DNA of 62,414 nucleotides, the filler included, from Catajapyx aquilonaris (lineage: Eukaryota), in assembly GCA_000934665.2 (NCBI GenBank). It is 3 parts of 3 records of this genome, joined end to end, with 100 filler letters (N's around TTAATTAATTAA, not from the genome) between each part and the next. Parts side by side here need not be neighbours in the genome. Positions count along the whole stretch, not along the records: positions 15,976 to 46,455 come from JYFJ02007361.1; positions 46,556 to 62,414 come from KZ539676.1; 1 more part is not named here. One strand, written 5' to 3'. Both the position numbers and the translations under genes were made by a program. Positions 38,101-50,947 of the stretch are shown piece by piece. Each line of letters opens with the position of its first letter. Positions within the stretch are counted from its first letter, which is position 1. Below the pieces are notes generated by a model. It was not told the DNA's origin and searched no databases. It saw only the letters and a list, made by a program, of their open reading frames with translations.

Positions 38101-40997
38101 TTTGTAGGAGGCTGAATGGCTCCAATTTGTGCGATTTACGCAGGTTTTGTCTTTGTTGGAACCTTTGAATTGAAGACAAACTTAATCAAGTAATCCATGC
38201 GAGAGATTTTTTTGTTCTTCATTAAATAGCATCTATAGTACTCTAAGGACTGAGTTTAGAAAGGCAAACTATGATAATATTTCTAGATCTTTTTAAATAT
38301 CAATTTGTTGTTGCTACTGTCGTAGTCGTCGTCGCATAGCCCTGAAATGCAGAGATCAGAATCACGTTGGAGTGATTTCTAAATATGAGCTTTTGAAGTT
38401 TGAACATTGCATTAGCCCTTATTGCCTCCATTTTACTCAGACATATTATTTCTGCATGGTATTATAATATTTCTAAGAGAATACATACTTTTGGCCACCA
38501 TACAGTACGTCATAAATCATACTAAGCAATGGTAAACTCAATTTCTCTCCCAAAGTGTGACTGCTTTGGTTGCTCTGCAGTTCAGGTCTTCATACGCGTA
38601 GATTTGCAAATTTCTCACAATTCAGATCCGGGAATTGGTCAGTAAATGCATGTATTCCTCTACCTAATTTGTACTCCACCTATTTAACCAGATGCAATCC
38701 ACTGCACTGTATTCATCGTCAAGTGCATGTTTTGCTCCAACTTAATTCTACTAAAGAGCCGGTCCTTTCTCTGTGCATTACCCCAAGTTGTCCGCATCTT
38801 TCCTTCTCAAATCCACTTATGAGACTGGAGGCCCCTTCTGTGGAAGCTTTATGCGGTTTTGGGATGCTAATTGGGATCATCAGTGACAGAGGTGGGCCTT
38901 TCTACAGCGAAATCGGGGTGGAATCTTGGAACGGGGCCTTCAGAGCCGTGTCTACTTCTCCTCCACTGGAATGTTTTCTGAGAGACGGATGCTCCACAAC
39001 AAGAATTAGCCTAGGCCCTAGGGGAATGGGTGTAAGTATACACTCAGAATAGGAAACTAGACGAACATAGAAAATTCTATCACCCACTTTTTACCGAGTA
39101 ATTAGGCACGAGTAATAATGATTTAATCCACAGCATAGAACAGGGCTTCCACTTTTGGCTCTTGGTTTGATACTATAGCAGAGGAAATGTGCCTGATTAT
39201 CCTGTGGCTTAAGACCTTCATCAGTTGCTGCTTTAGTCGCCGTTTTCATCGCTCATTTGTCCAATCACATCAACTTTCGTCTCTTAATCTCTCTCGACGT
39301 TCATCACTCAACACTTAATCGCCCATTTATCTCCCCTCAGCTTGATTTCATTAATGCGCGGCAAAGGCGAACGTGTTTTGTTGCATCAAGTGCGATTAGC
39401 CATATTTTAACTTTTTTGGTGGAACCACGGGTTTTTTTTCTGGCGTGCATCCGGAGCAGACACGTCGATTCTGGGATTACAGCGAAGTGAATATGACTTC
39501 ATGTGCCAGTATTCTGTCATGCACGCCTTGCTGCGCCATCATATTTGTTACCCAGATATCAAATCCCATTAACCCTATGTTTACTTTTGCGGCAGTGCGC
39601 TCGTTAATGCGTGTCAGAAAGTTTTGTACGCCTCATGCACTCACATATCCGCCAAATGCAATACATTGCGGTCCTGATAAATCACTGGCTGTTAACACGT
39701 GCAGGTCCGCCCTCTGTTGTTCCCAATGCAAAATTAATGTCCCATCACTTGTATTAAAAGGCCATAGAACTCTCATAATACTGAGATATGCTGTATAAGT
39801 AGGGTAAGTCCATATCTGAGCACAAGCTGCTACGGAAAACCATAAATTAGGATCAGCTTTGTAAGCAAGTTCGAGACAAGGCTTGTAATATGGAGAGCAA
39901 TGTAACTAAGTTAGTAGGCAAATTATTATCTATGTCATAAGTGATGGTCTTGTAACGTCCTTTCTGATTATATATAGCGTCACTTGAATATATGTGATAC
40001 AAATGATCTGTCCATTAGCAAATTCTCGCTTTAACTACACCTTGCATATTTTGTCGTGTCGGAAGCTGATAGGACCACAAAGTGTGTCTTATAAGGCCCC
40101 TGACATTTGAATGCCATTGGGTGTAGGTGAAATGAGAGGAATTGGACCATAACTCGTGTTCCTTTTCGGTAACAACCGCACCTCCAGGACGTATCTGTGG
40201 GTTCGAGCCTAATTCTAGCCCCCTATTGCTTAGATGGGGAATGCTTTCCGAATTGGACCCTGTTCGACACTTACCCTGCTTCCAATGGACGGGCGAAAAA
40301 AAATGTGATTTCAGGCCACGTTAAAATTAGGCATTACTTTCAGTCACAAGTACGAGCCTCGTTTGTGCTATAAAGCGTGTTCCGCATGCAGCCTAGGCTA
40401 TAGAAAAACTATAGTTATGATCCGGCTCTTTAGGGTCGATTTTTAGCTTTATGCTTCCGAAAGACGTTGAAAACTGTAACCTTAATAATTACTGCAGACT
40501 GATCAAACATTACAGGAGTTTATGCTCATCGATGGAGCCATTATCTTCATATGAGTGACAAGTTATCCAATAAACCATGGTACATCTCACCAACACTACC
40601 CCGTTCTGAAAATAAGAAATGCAACGTGACGATATGATTGTGAGCAACTATTCGTTTTTATCTTAAATAATTTAGTAGTAAGGATATACCATATATCTGC
40701 TTAGAGAATCAAACGTCAATGTGTGGGTAAGGCTTGCAGGCCTGTATTCGATAAAAATATTTATATTTTATTGGGTCACCTGTAAGCGCAATGCAGGTTG
40801 CACCGGAACCTGCCGAAATTAAATCGGGGGAAAAAATCTTGAAGCCTTAAAGGTCAGATCCCACAGCTGCATTGGATCGAAATGCAAGATGCATCTCACT
40901 TGAGGGCCGGCTTGGGTCACCACCTGGTCTGAATACTAAGATTAGCTGACCTCCAAGATTGACATGGATACTCAATGTCGCATTATTATTCCCTCAG

Positions 40998-41213
40998 GCG
41001 ATGCCATCCTTTACGCCATTACTGAAGGAGTATACAGGATCGTGGAGATGCTCATCAACCACACGAGCATCACTCCAGAGATGCTGGGCAACGAATGGTA
41101 CAAGACCCGATCTCCCGGAGAAGAAAGCTCGGACTTCCCGCCAGACATATCGCCAATCATCCTCGCCGCTCACTGCAACCAATTCGAGATATTGCAGCTA
41201 TTTATTTCCACTG
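40998..41213 (+). CDS. TRPC channel exon (gene is 3'-partial in this window)
   Basis: CCCTCAG acceptor, phase 1, and G|GTAAGT donor. Encodes GDAILYAITEGVYRIVEMLINH..SDFPPDISPIILAAHCNQFEILQL. Confidence 0.93.
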
Positions 41214-41372
41214 GTAAGTGTCCTATTTGTCTACTGATCATCCGAGTGCCAGATTAATTCGCAGAGGTCCAAATTGCTGCAAAATGCGCAGGACTCACTG
41301 CGCGTCAAGAACTATTATGAGTACTCACTATCGTACTTCCTGTTAATAATGTTAACAATTATTACAAGTTGA

Positions 41373-41711
41373 AGGAAGACATGGTTGGACCAGGTGGGCC
41401 AGTGTCTTAAGGGTGTTGCTAGTGTTAAGCCGAGACGTTCTTGTGTCAATAGGACCATGGACGTGGCTGAGGCTAGGGTTGTTTGTTTGGATAGGTGTAA
41501 ATGGCGTAGGTTAATTAATGGGTAAATAGGTAAATATGTCTGAGGATAAGGTGATGTCTGAGGTGGGCAGGGGTGGGGGGTGGGACAGGTTGTTTTTAGG
41601 TTTATTCTCATGAGTTTTATTAGTTCATATGTTGGGTTAGCTTGCGTCTCCCTTCATCGCTGACTACCCCTCATAGGGAAATGTCGTGATGTTGTTGTTG
41701 TTGTTGTTGTT
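41373..41711 (+). mobile_element. RTE 3' end, 5'-truncated copy
   Basis: Matches the reverse complement of 14030-14390 without the MITE insert. Ends ctacccc..gggaaatgtcgtgat(GTT)n. Confidence 0.8.
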
Positions 41712-43822
41712 GAAAATCAGTTGCAAGTTGAATATTAATTGCGCTGATTTTGAAACCTGGAAAAAAATGGTAGCAGCTCACAGACGAACTGATGGGGTTT
41801 AATTGACGTCAGCGGTAAGACTATCTACTCGTAGTAGCGTAGACCACACATTATAGTTTCAATAGGGGCTGGATGGTTGAACATACTGTAACAATAAGGC
41901 TGCATTAAGTGAGCAGTGCAATTTTGCCAGTCGTCATATACGATAGAGAGAGGAGTCTGCATGCTCCGCCATGTAATGTGAATAGTGTTTCGCATTTTAA
42001 ATGTAGGCGTATCAAGCATAAGGGTGGAAAGTCTGACTCTTGCTGTACGTGCGGTATGACATGATTAAGCACCCTGTGGAAATAACTAACTTTCGACAAA
42101 AATGAACAGAGGCTCTACCTCAGTGGAACCTTTAAATAGCCCACCAAACGTTAAGCTTTTGTTACTAGTTTCAGGTTGTTCACGAGGATTTATGAATATA
42201 GAACATAAGCCTTTACTAAATTAACCACGTCCCAGCGGATCTCGGAAGTTCTGAAGGTTATTACCATAATCATGCTTTATTAAAACAAAGCTATTTTTTC
42301 TCCTTTGCAACTGTGAAAGTTATCGATCTAAAATCCTATTGTACCGAATATAATAAAGGAGAGTATTATTCGTGGTAGCGTGTAACATGTCAATAGAAAA
42401 CATAATCGGCGGCCTACTACCGCGAAAGTTTTATGCGTAAAGCCTCTTCTGCCCGAGGGAGAGGACGTAAAGTCTATATAGCATCATATACGAGGTGTTT
42501 GGATTTCATACCGGGTGACTATAGTAATTATGAACTTGCGAATAACAGAAAACTAAATGTAATACCAATATTCTTGCCTGCTTATTTGTGGTTAAAACAC
42601 AACATGAATTAGTATATTACCAAGTTGACTTGAAGATGTAATTACTATTAATGTGCTGGGTTGCCATACGTAAAGGAATAATCAGAGGCGGGAGTAGGGA
42701 CAAAGTACCCAGTTTGCCGGCTTAGTCGTGAAAAATTGTCAATGCTTAAATCCCTCCGGGCGAAAGTGTAGTCTTATTTTCTAGCCTGCCAATCCACTAA
42801 AAATGCTCCGTATTTTTTTTACAGTAGAGCCTAAAATGTGGCAGCTGGTAAGCCAAGTGAGAGATTAACCAACATTTGAGTAGAAGGTTCCACCTAGCCA
42901 TAATTAGCTGCAATTAATTTAGGAAGGGTGGATCATAAAATTCGGGCTTTCCACCTCTACACGGGTAGTAAAAATAATTTCCGATCCTAATGGAGCGCAT
43001 TTACCGCTATCGATTGGTCCCGTATACCCCAAGCCCGAGCCCCGCTTATAAAGCGGTTACATCAAGTGGATTTGGGTTTTTATTGCAGGCAACCTGCGTG
43101 CTTATACTATCGCAACGTCAAGTCTACCGTGGTAGTTTAATTCACCAGTTGCGAACGTAAATTTTTCAGAATAGTCCCATCTAATCTAATATCTCCTGAA
43201 AGTACTCAGGTTAGCGGACGCAGTGGCCCGGATTCGGCCCCGGATTAATTGTAGTAATTATGATACACTGACTCGTTGGCCCTTTCGACATTCGCATCTC
43301 GTTGGTAAAAGCAGTACATTCTGCGCTAGCTGCGTGTTTTTTTTTGTGGCTGTATATTTTTCCGGGCTCTACTACGAGGTACTAGAATATAGGCCACATC
43401 AACATTGCCATATTAGGGCTGAAATAACACCTTGAATAGATGATTCAGCTGTAAGCCCTGTTTTGCGGTTTGATCCTTAGGACCTATAGTAAGAGTAACA
43501 TAGGATCGACCTTGGGGTATATGACCGTCCCATTACGTTTACAACCCTTTGGAGTGAAAGAAATCTTTGGCGTAAGGGCAGTATCCCTTTCAGTAACCTG
43601 CTTTCATCGTAATGCGAGAAGACTGCGGAGAAGAGCTTCCAAGTTAATCTCTCCCCAGTCTTATACCAGAGCCAGACAAGCGTTTCCCTTCTTTTAGCCC
43701 CCCTGACGTACTACACACTTTTCCCTTGGAAACTTGCACAGAAGAACTAAAAGCCTTTCCATCCCCATAAAAATAACTTTTCCTTTCTCCATCCGCAGAA
43801 AAAGAAACAAAGAAGGAGGAGA

Positions 43823-43838
43823 TAGAGAGAGAGAGGGA

Positions 43839-43875
<37 letters not shown>
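43823..43875 (+). repeat. (GA)n microsatellite
   Basis: About 25 GA units with two GG interruptions. Confidence 0.9.
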
Positions 43876-43878
<3 letters not shown>

Positions 43879-46202
43879 GAGAGGAAGTAGAGTGACGGAT
43901 AAGCGAAAGGCTTTGCTAACCTCCTTTCAGACAAGACGAAAATTCGGCATTGCCGTCACTCAGGATTTCAGTTTTTTGGTGGGAAGAAACGCACTCTTCT
44001 GGCGATATTTAATACAACTTGTCATATGGCCTTTGCCATTTCGTAAATATGACCTAATTTAGGAGGGCGCACACTTTGAATCGATGCCAACCAAAATCGA
44101 TCTGTTTATATTGATATGAAATGTCATCTGTTGTTTTTTAAACCAGAGTATACGTACACATACAAGGAAACCATGCAGAGATAATATTTTATTTTGATAT
44201 TGAGCAATATTGGGGAAAATCATCACTGTAACTAGACACATGGTTTTAGATATCAACCAAACTAAGAACTAACAGCAGTGTTAATTTAGCAGCCTCGAGA
44301 TAAATGCGATAATAATAAAGTGTGCATTGACACACCATCTAAATGAAGCAGCTGTGTATAGAACGGGTTCATTACATTGTAAAAGTAGATTTTGACCTGT
44401 TAGGTGAATGTACTGAATCGGCGTGCAGCAGTATGATACAATCAAGTAATTCAGTCCTTTTTTGGTGCGATTCCCGCGTTATACTGTATAGGCGTTCCAC
44501 TAGGTTACACTCACTCATTTGGAACCAATTAAAACCCAGCACTATGCGCCAAAATAATCCTATAATTTAAATTTGATTGTGTAAATGAATTTTATCGGAA
44601 AGATGGTGCAGGGCTGATTATGGATTTATGGCGTATTGGAGCAGTACAAATGGATGTTTTTAGCTCGTGGCTCGGCAAAATGTTGGGTGTGCAATGAAAG
44701 CCTGGGAGCGGGCCATCCAAAAAATAAAAAAAAATAAAAATCCAGGCACCGTTTCCATCATTCCGCAACCGATTTCCACTAGGAGTCGATGGCACTGCAA
44801 TGCATTACGTTACAGTCACTCGAGTCCTTCCACTTCCGCTCTAACCTGATTTCGTCTCTGGGTATTTCAGTGTGGATGTTTTTAATACGATTTCTCTGGC
44901 CCTGTAACTCTTGTACCGGTGCCGTATACTTGATGCAAAGTAGATTACTGCGGGGCGGCCGGGACATTAAGAAAATGGAAAACCAGATTTTGTTGTTTAC
45001 GTCTACTTTGCAACAGAGCCAGTCAGGGATTTACTGAAATAGGCATGTAATGTCGTCAAATCACTCAAATGTCACAGAAAATGTCACGAAATCATGAAAT
45101 CACTAAAATGACACGAAAATACTCGTATTAGAATGTAATATGAGTTTAGCCTTATTGAAATTTCCATTGTGCCAATATTTGATGCGAATATATTCAAAAT
45201 ATGTTTCAGTTTTGCATATCAGGACGCCTGTTGTGGTTCTGTAAAAATGCGCCGGATTGCTTTGAATCCCCGGTAAGTTCAGTAAGCAAACATACTATTC
45301 GCATATATTACTGGCGAACAACGAGGAACTGCTTGGTTCAAGTCATCAAAGTCATAACCAACTTTTTATAGTGAATATGGAAATAAAGTATAACTTCATT
45401 TCTCCCTGACCATACCCCAGGGGATTGTCTGCAGCAGGCCTGCAAAAGCACATCTGCATAATTTGTAACACATAAACCCAGCTTTCTTATTAATCCTGCC
45501 AGAAAAATAATTACTTCCAAAATAAAACAATAATTCGGAATATTAAAATACTCGTAATTATTGACTGATTTTGCAAACGATTTATTGACTGGTTTCATGT
45601 CAAGAGGCATAGCCAAAGTAGCTTAATGTCATATCAAAACCGTATTTCACTGTCAGTGACAAGAATACTGCAACAGGACCAACGGATACAGTCCAAGTTA
45701 CCAAACCTTTTCCAAGGTCATTTTTGCGCCTGCACGGTATGGCTCCCGTGATGCAAGAGTGCGGTTGCATAACAGGTGAGGATGAAGCAAAATGATTGCA
45801 TCACTCGCTTCCCCATGTGAAGCTATGACATCCTGTGATATGAAATCAATCACTTTTAGATTCAATCTCTCGTGATATTATAATATGTGAGTTTCTCTGA
45901 CGGTTTACAATGCTTTATGGTATGAACTAGCCAACTAATGAGAAGACAAGAAGTTAAAGGAAAATGCCAGCGGAATGGTTGTAAATTGATTAGGTTGGAT
46001 TTTCTACTTGAAGCATACTCCTAGCACGTAGCACCCGAGGCGATAACAGCGCGTCTGAGGAAGCTCGGTAAGAAAAAACAACTTTGAGCGGAATTCTACT
46101 GAGTTGACCCACTTACGAATCCTCATTATGCCCCAACATACTGTATACTGTACAATCATGATGTTTATACAGGTGAGCACTTCTCATCAGTTTTTTAAGA
46201 TA

Positions 46203-46455
46203 CTAGCAGGATACCCGGCGTTGCTCGGGTTATGAAATACTTTTCCATAGGAGTGACTCATCGATTTGCAATAATTATGGCTATACAATGTTGGCATACC
46301 AGTGACATGGAGCATATTGCATGTGCATGAAGTCCAAACAACACACTGCGGATGTCGGATTGTAAGAAAATACACAGTACACCTCCAAAATCCAGCAAAA
46401 GTATGTCATGAAAAATTGAAGGTTGTGCAGTAAATGTAGAAGTAAATGTAGAATG
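46203..46455 (-). mobile_element. Helitron 3' end
   Basis: Minus strand reads cccgagc-aac-gccggg hairpin, then tatcctg-CTAG|T terminus. Truncated by the gap. Confidence 0.65.
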
Positions 46456-46555
46456 NNNNNNNNNNNNNNNNNNNNNNNNNNNNNNNNNNNNNNNNNNNNT
46501 TAATTAATTAANNNNNNNNNNNNNNNNNNNNNNNNNNNNNNNNNNNNNNNNNNNN
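46456..46555. other. Artificial assembly spacer
   Basis: Identical 100-bp 44N-TTAATTAATTAA-44N structure. Confidence 0.95.
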
Positions 46556-46615
46556 TAGCTGCACTGTGCAGCTACATAGCTGACGCGTTTTTGTGTCGTC
46601 AGCCATTTTCATTCC

Positions 46616-46626
46616 AATATGGCGGC
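46616..46626 (+). promoter_or_regulatory. YY1/Pho-like motif AATATGGCGGC upstream of the zinc-finger gene
   Basis: Matches the AANATGGCG consensus and precedes candidate 5'UTR splice donors. It could also belong to the adjacent MITE end. Confidence 0.3.
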
Positions 46627-47110
46627 ACAATATGTGCACTTACCCCGGGTGTGCACTTCCCCCACTTCACCCTAAATTGTTTTGAAGTAACAGTCTAGAG
46701 GTGACGTTCGACGACGTGGGACGTGTGTCCAGCACTCACAGAAAGTCTTGCGTGGTTTACCACTGAAAAGATCAAAAACCAACCCTTTAACAGGTAGGCA
46801 ACAATCCCCAGAGGGGCACCCACCTCGGGGGAAGTCAATGCCCAAGTTTCAAGTCACCTTTTGCGTTTAATTGGGTGCCAGCAGGTGAACCCATTTCGCA
46901 TCCAGGTTGTAGGGCAGGTACACCAGGTCTTTTTGGCTTGCCATCCGAATGTCCGTATAATAAATTCTGTTACAGGGAGCTGGGGATCCACTTTCAGATT
47001 TCCATTTGGAAGAATGACATCTAATTACGCCATATTTGCGTCTAATTGGCTTACATTATATCCCCTAAACCAAGATATCCTTTCCCTCAGGGTATCGCTG
47101 AGCAGAGAAG

Positions 47111-47938
47111 ATGGCTGATCAGCCGAATATAAACGAAGCAGATGTGATCTGCAACGTCCTGTTCAGGATAATAGACTACTTTGGGGGCAGAACCAGGTGC
47201 ATCTATTGCTGGCAGATGTTCAACTCACGGGCCCTCATGGAGCAGCATGTGGAAGCTGAGCACCCTGAGCCAGGCGACGCCGAACAACTGGATGACGATT
47301 TTGCCTTTGAACTTGAGGACCTGGACATTCCGCAAGCCGAGAATGTTGCTCGTCATGGAGACAACCCTCCAGGCCAAGTCGCTGTTAACCAGGAGGACGT
47401 GGAGCCTTCCATCCTCAACGAGACTTCTGTTTCCGATGAGAATGACTGCTGGGAAGATAATCAGCCAGATCCTCACCCTGTTCCTCCAGAAGGAAAAACA
47501 TGTGACTTTTGCGGGAAAGAGTTTCCCTACAGGAGCCGAATGCTTCAGCACAGGGTCGTTCACACTAAGGAAAAGCCCTACGCTTGCCAATTTTGCCACA
47601 TGAAGTTCACCCAGAGCGGAAGCAGGAACCGCCACGAAAGGGATCACCAGGGGAAAACCCGCTTCAAATGCAGGTTCCGCGGGTGCACCAAGGCGTTCAA
47701 CAGGGCCTATGCCTTCAGGGACCATAAGAACACACACCTGAAGCGCAAGCCGTTCAACTGCAAACCCTGCAAGAGAGGATTCTCCTCAGCCCAGTCCTAC
47801 AAGCAGCACCTCCTCCGATACTGCAAGAAGCGCAAGCCGTTCAACTGCAAGCCCTGCAAGAGGGGATTCTCCTCAGCCCAGTCCTACAAGAGGCACCTGC
47901 GCATGTACTGCAAAAACAGCCCAGAAAAGACTCTGTGA
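47111..47938 (+). CDS. C2H2/C2HC zinc-finger protein, intronless CDS, 275 aa
   Basis: One N-terminal C2H2 finger, an acidic linker, three C2H2 fingers with an HTKEKPY linker, and two duplicated C2HC fingers. GC3-rich codons, acceptor TTTCCCTCAG at 47090 in the 5'UTR, AATAAA near 48217. Confidence 0.85.
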   Translation: MADQPNINEADVICNVLFRIIDYFGGRTRCIYCWQMFNSRALMEQHVEAEHPEPGDAEQLDDDFAFELEDLDIPQAENVARHGDNPPGQVAVNQEDVEPSILNETSVSDENDCWEDNQPDPHPVPPEGKTCDFCGKEFPYRSRMLQHRVVHTKEKPYACQFCHMKFTQSGSRNRHERDHQGKTRFKCRFRGCTKAFNRAYAFRDHKNTHLKRKPFNCKPCKRGFSSAQSYKQHLLRYCKKRKPFNCKPCKRGFSSAQSYKRHLRMYCKNSPEKTL

Positions 47939-48838
47939 AGCTGGACCTTGGTTATTTTCGTGCCCTTAAATGCTTTTTTTTTGTTCCCCCATGTGTTAGG
48001 AGGCATCTATATTGTCCGATTTGTTATACAATATTGTATTTCCAAAATGACCACTTCCACTTCATTTTGGAGCGTTCCTTTCTAGTTCGTTTTCTTTCTG
48101 CAGCACCTCTGATGCACAACCGTACGTGACAGATTTACTGTATCTACAAGGATGTCCAACGAAGTACAAGATAATGGTACTCTGTTTCGTAATCTGTCTG
48201 TATTTAGCCTGCAACTAATAAAAATCTGTTATTGTTATCAGCAGTGATGTATGTATTGTCTCCCCCGCTTTTTACATCATAAGATTTATAAGATTTGTGA
48301 AATTGGCATTCCCCACATTTCAAGGCACCAAATTAAATCAGAATTTCAAGAAATATATTGAAAGGCTAGTAGCAGGCCAGTTCAGTTTGCTTTTGCCTGC
48401 GCTGGGGAAAATAAGGTGGCAGTCAGCAGTGTTTCATTTTCATTCATGTTTTAAAGGTTAGATTAAGAGATAAAGTTATTACACGATGACTATAACAACA
48501 CGTCAATAAGGGCTCCTTCCTTAACTATTTTTCTAATTTTCTATCACGGAATTGAGCAGAAGTGCTAAGTACCAGGACATAATTATATGCGATGTACCCC
48601 TCCAGTTTTGTCTCTTTATTTCCACTTGCAACTTTTTCCCGGGGTCTGATTTTGTATAACATTCTATAGGTCACTGACGGACACCTTCCACGTCTTGTCT
48701 CGAAATATGTTGAGGGTCAGTGTTTTAACGGATCTTGGCGGCAATGTTACATTTTTATAGTGTCACAAGATGAAAATGTGTAACTTAATACCAATGTCAC
48801 TTTGAAGATGTATCTTTCCTACAACTTACCTGTAGTTG

Positions 48839-49048
48839 CAGTGGCGGATCTAGACGTCGTTGTTGGGGGAGGGGGGGGGTGATTTGTCGCCGCGCTCCCC
48901 CCCCCCCCCCCCCCCCAANNNNNNNNNNNNNNNNNNNNNNNNNNNNNNNNNNNNNNNNNNNNNNNNNNNNNNNNNNNNNNNNNNNNNTGGGGGGGGGGGG
49001 GGGGGTGATCACCCCGATCACCCCCCCCTCCCCATAGATCCGCCACTG
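48839..49048. mobile_element. hAT-like MITE containing a sequence gap
   Basis: cagtggcggatcta / tagatccgccactg TIR and an 8-bp TSD tgtagttg. Confidence 0.85.
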
Positions 49049-50061
49049 TGTAGTTGTGTGAAGGAAGTTGAGCGAGATACCCACTGTGATATCTGAATCA
49101 TTACTTTGATTAATTTCATGAATTATTTGAATGCTCTCGTCGGCCAGCCAATGAAGAACACGAAAACCCATTATTATCAAGGTAACACTTAAGTGTTCTT
49201 GAATCACTTGACCAGTGTTCAGTATTGTGTAAGAGTATAGATGGTTAATTCAGAGCTTCAGCGGACTCAGTACGGTGTGGACGTGTGTTTTCAACCGCTC
49301 TGAGCTCTCGTGACACGAGCCACATTGCAGATAACCGGTCTAATCTCGCCCTGTTACGACGATAGACCGTCGGGCCCGTCCGAACCAATCTCCCTGGCTG
49401 CTACCGGCAAGTTGATGGAAGGCTTTAAGAATGGACGGGTTGGGTCCAGGATGTCTCCGGTGCCAGTATGGATCCACAGACGACTAGCCAGTCGTACCTA
49501 GTCCAACCAGTATACCCGCAGCCGTTACGAGCAGTCCAATTGGGGTCAGCCCTACGTGTCCAGTTGAGGACAACGCTACGTGTAGCCACTTGGAGCACAT
49601 CCGCAACTGTGATGATAGCAGTTACAAGAGGCATCAGCTGTCAGACTACTCACAAGACTGATGGAGGAGGAGCCGTCGCGTCGCACTTTTGTACTATTTG
49701 TTGCGCTGAAAGAATATATTTATACTGTCATACTAGATTACTATCCCGTATTACAAACTTGAATTACCCGTCATCATCCCCTCACCCAAGGCTTTTCCTC
49801 ACCTCCCTTCGAGGAGTAGACATCTTTCAGTTCCAGGCTGAAAAATGCTCTTGTGATGCTTTTTAGCAACAAAAAAGCATCACAAGAGCACTACAAAGAG
49901 CATTAAAAATTTATGCTCCATGGGAGAGATGCTCTTTTTAATGTTTGCAGTGTAGCCAAAAACCATTAGGAAATAGCATATTTCATTAAGCGCTATATGT
50001 CGTATTAGTTCTTTAAAGCTGCTTTCCCGACAGCTGTGCGAGTTCCTCTTCAGCCAGAATC

Positions 50062-50072
50062 CAAAATGGCGC
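50062..50072 (+). promoter_or_regulatory. YY1/Pho-like motif CAAAATGGCGC near the probable TSS of the ZAD gene
   Basis: Consensus match about 190 bp upstream of the start codon. Confidence 0.35.
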
Positions 50073-50253
50073 TTTCATCGTTCTGAACTAAGGTTCTGAA
50101 AGTGTGGTTGAGAGAACGGGGAGACCGGGAGAGTCAGAGAATATCCTGTTATTGCGACGTGTTGGGTCCTTGCGGGCAGAACCGGGTTGGATCGAAGCAC
50201 CGGGTTTCTTTGTCTTGTCAGGGAGTTGCGTTGAGCTGGTAGGGGAACAAGAC

Positions 50254-50386
50254 ATGGCCCCGGTGGAACAGGACGAGTTGGACGGGACCAGCAACGGGGC
50301 TATTTTAAGAGAGATCTTATCTCGGATCAGATCACTGGAGAGAAGGGCCTGGAATGGAGAATGCAGAAGATGTGGAGAAGGACAGG
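50254..50386 (+). CDS. ZAD-C2H2 zinc-finger gene, exon 1
   Basis: gacATGG start and G|GTGAGT donor in phase 1, matching the next exon. Confidence 0.65.
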
Positions 50387-50768
50387 GTGAGTTGGGGACC
50401 TGCATTTTTAGCCATTGTCCAAGGAATTGAGACAAGTGGTCCCAAAACGTAGCCACTATCAGGGCTGCCAATGCCAACCTACTATTGAGGCTATGAAAAA
50501 TAAGGCTTGGCAAAAATGTGATTCCTTAATTTTCTACAGGTCTGTCATTATAATAATAATAATAAATTATAATAATAAAATTAAGCCCATATGTTGCATT
50601 TTTACAACCTTTTCTTTCCGCTGTATTCTTGTAACGACTTTCATTGTTAATGAGAATAATGACCACTACGACCATCACATATCTTCTGTTGGTGACATAT
50701 ACTTGCCAAGTGAATGAGATTCCTGATGGTCAGAGAGACTGGAATGTGCTTTGCCTCTTACGTTGCAG

Positions 50769-50947
50769 ATCACATCAATCCAAGCAACATACCTTGTGCT
50801 ATTGAAGCCCTCACTTCAGTCAATGAAGCTCAAGTTGAAACTGGAGATTCTGTGCCTGTGGCGAGCATCAAAACAGAATTGGACGAGTTCAAGACGGAGG
50901 AGGTCACGGTGGAAAATGAAGGCCCACAGCTGGGAATTGACAGTTGG
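50769..50947 (+). CDS. ZAD-C2H2 zinc-finger gene, exon 2
   Basis: GTTGCAG acceptor and TGG|GTGAGG donor. Contains the IKTE/FKTEE acidic motifs typical of such factors. Confidence 0.7.

Noticed and set aside
41214..46455. Further TRPC exons (PH..CxCxxC, DSL.HS..R)
   Set aside because: Not found before the spacer, so the gene appears truncated by the assembly.
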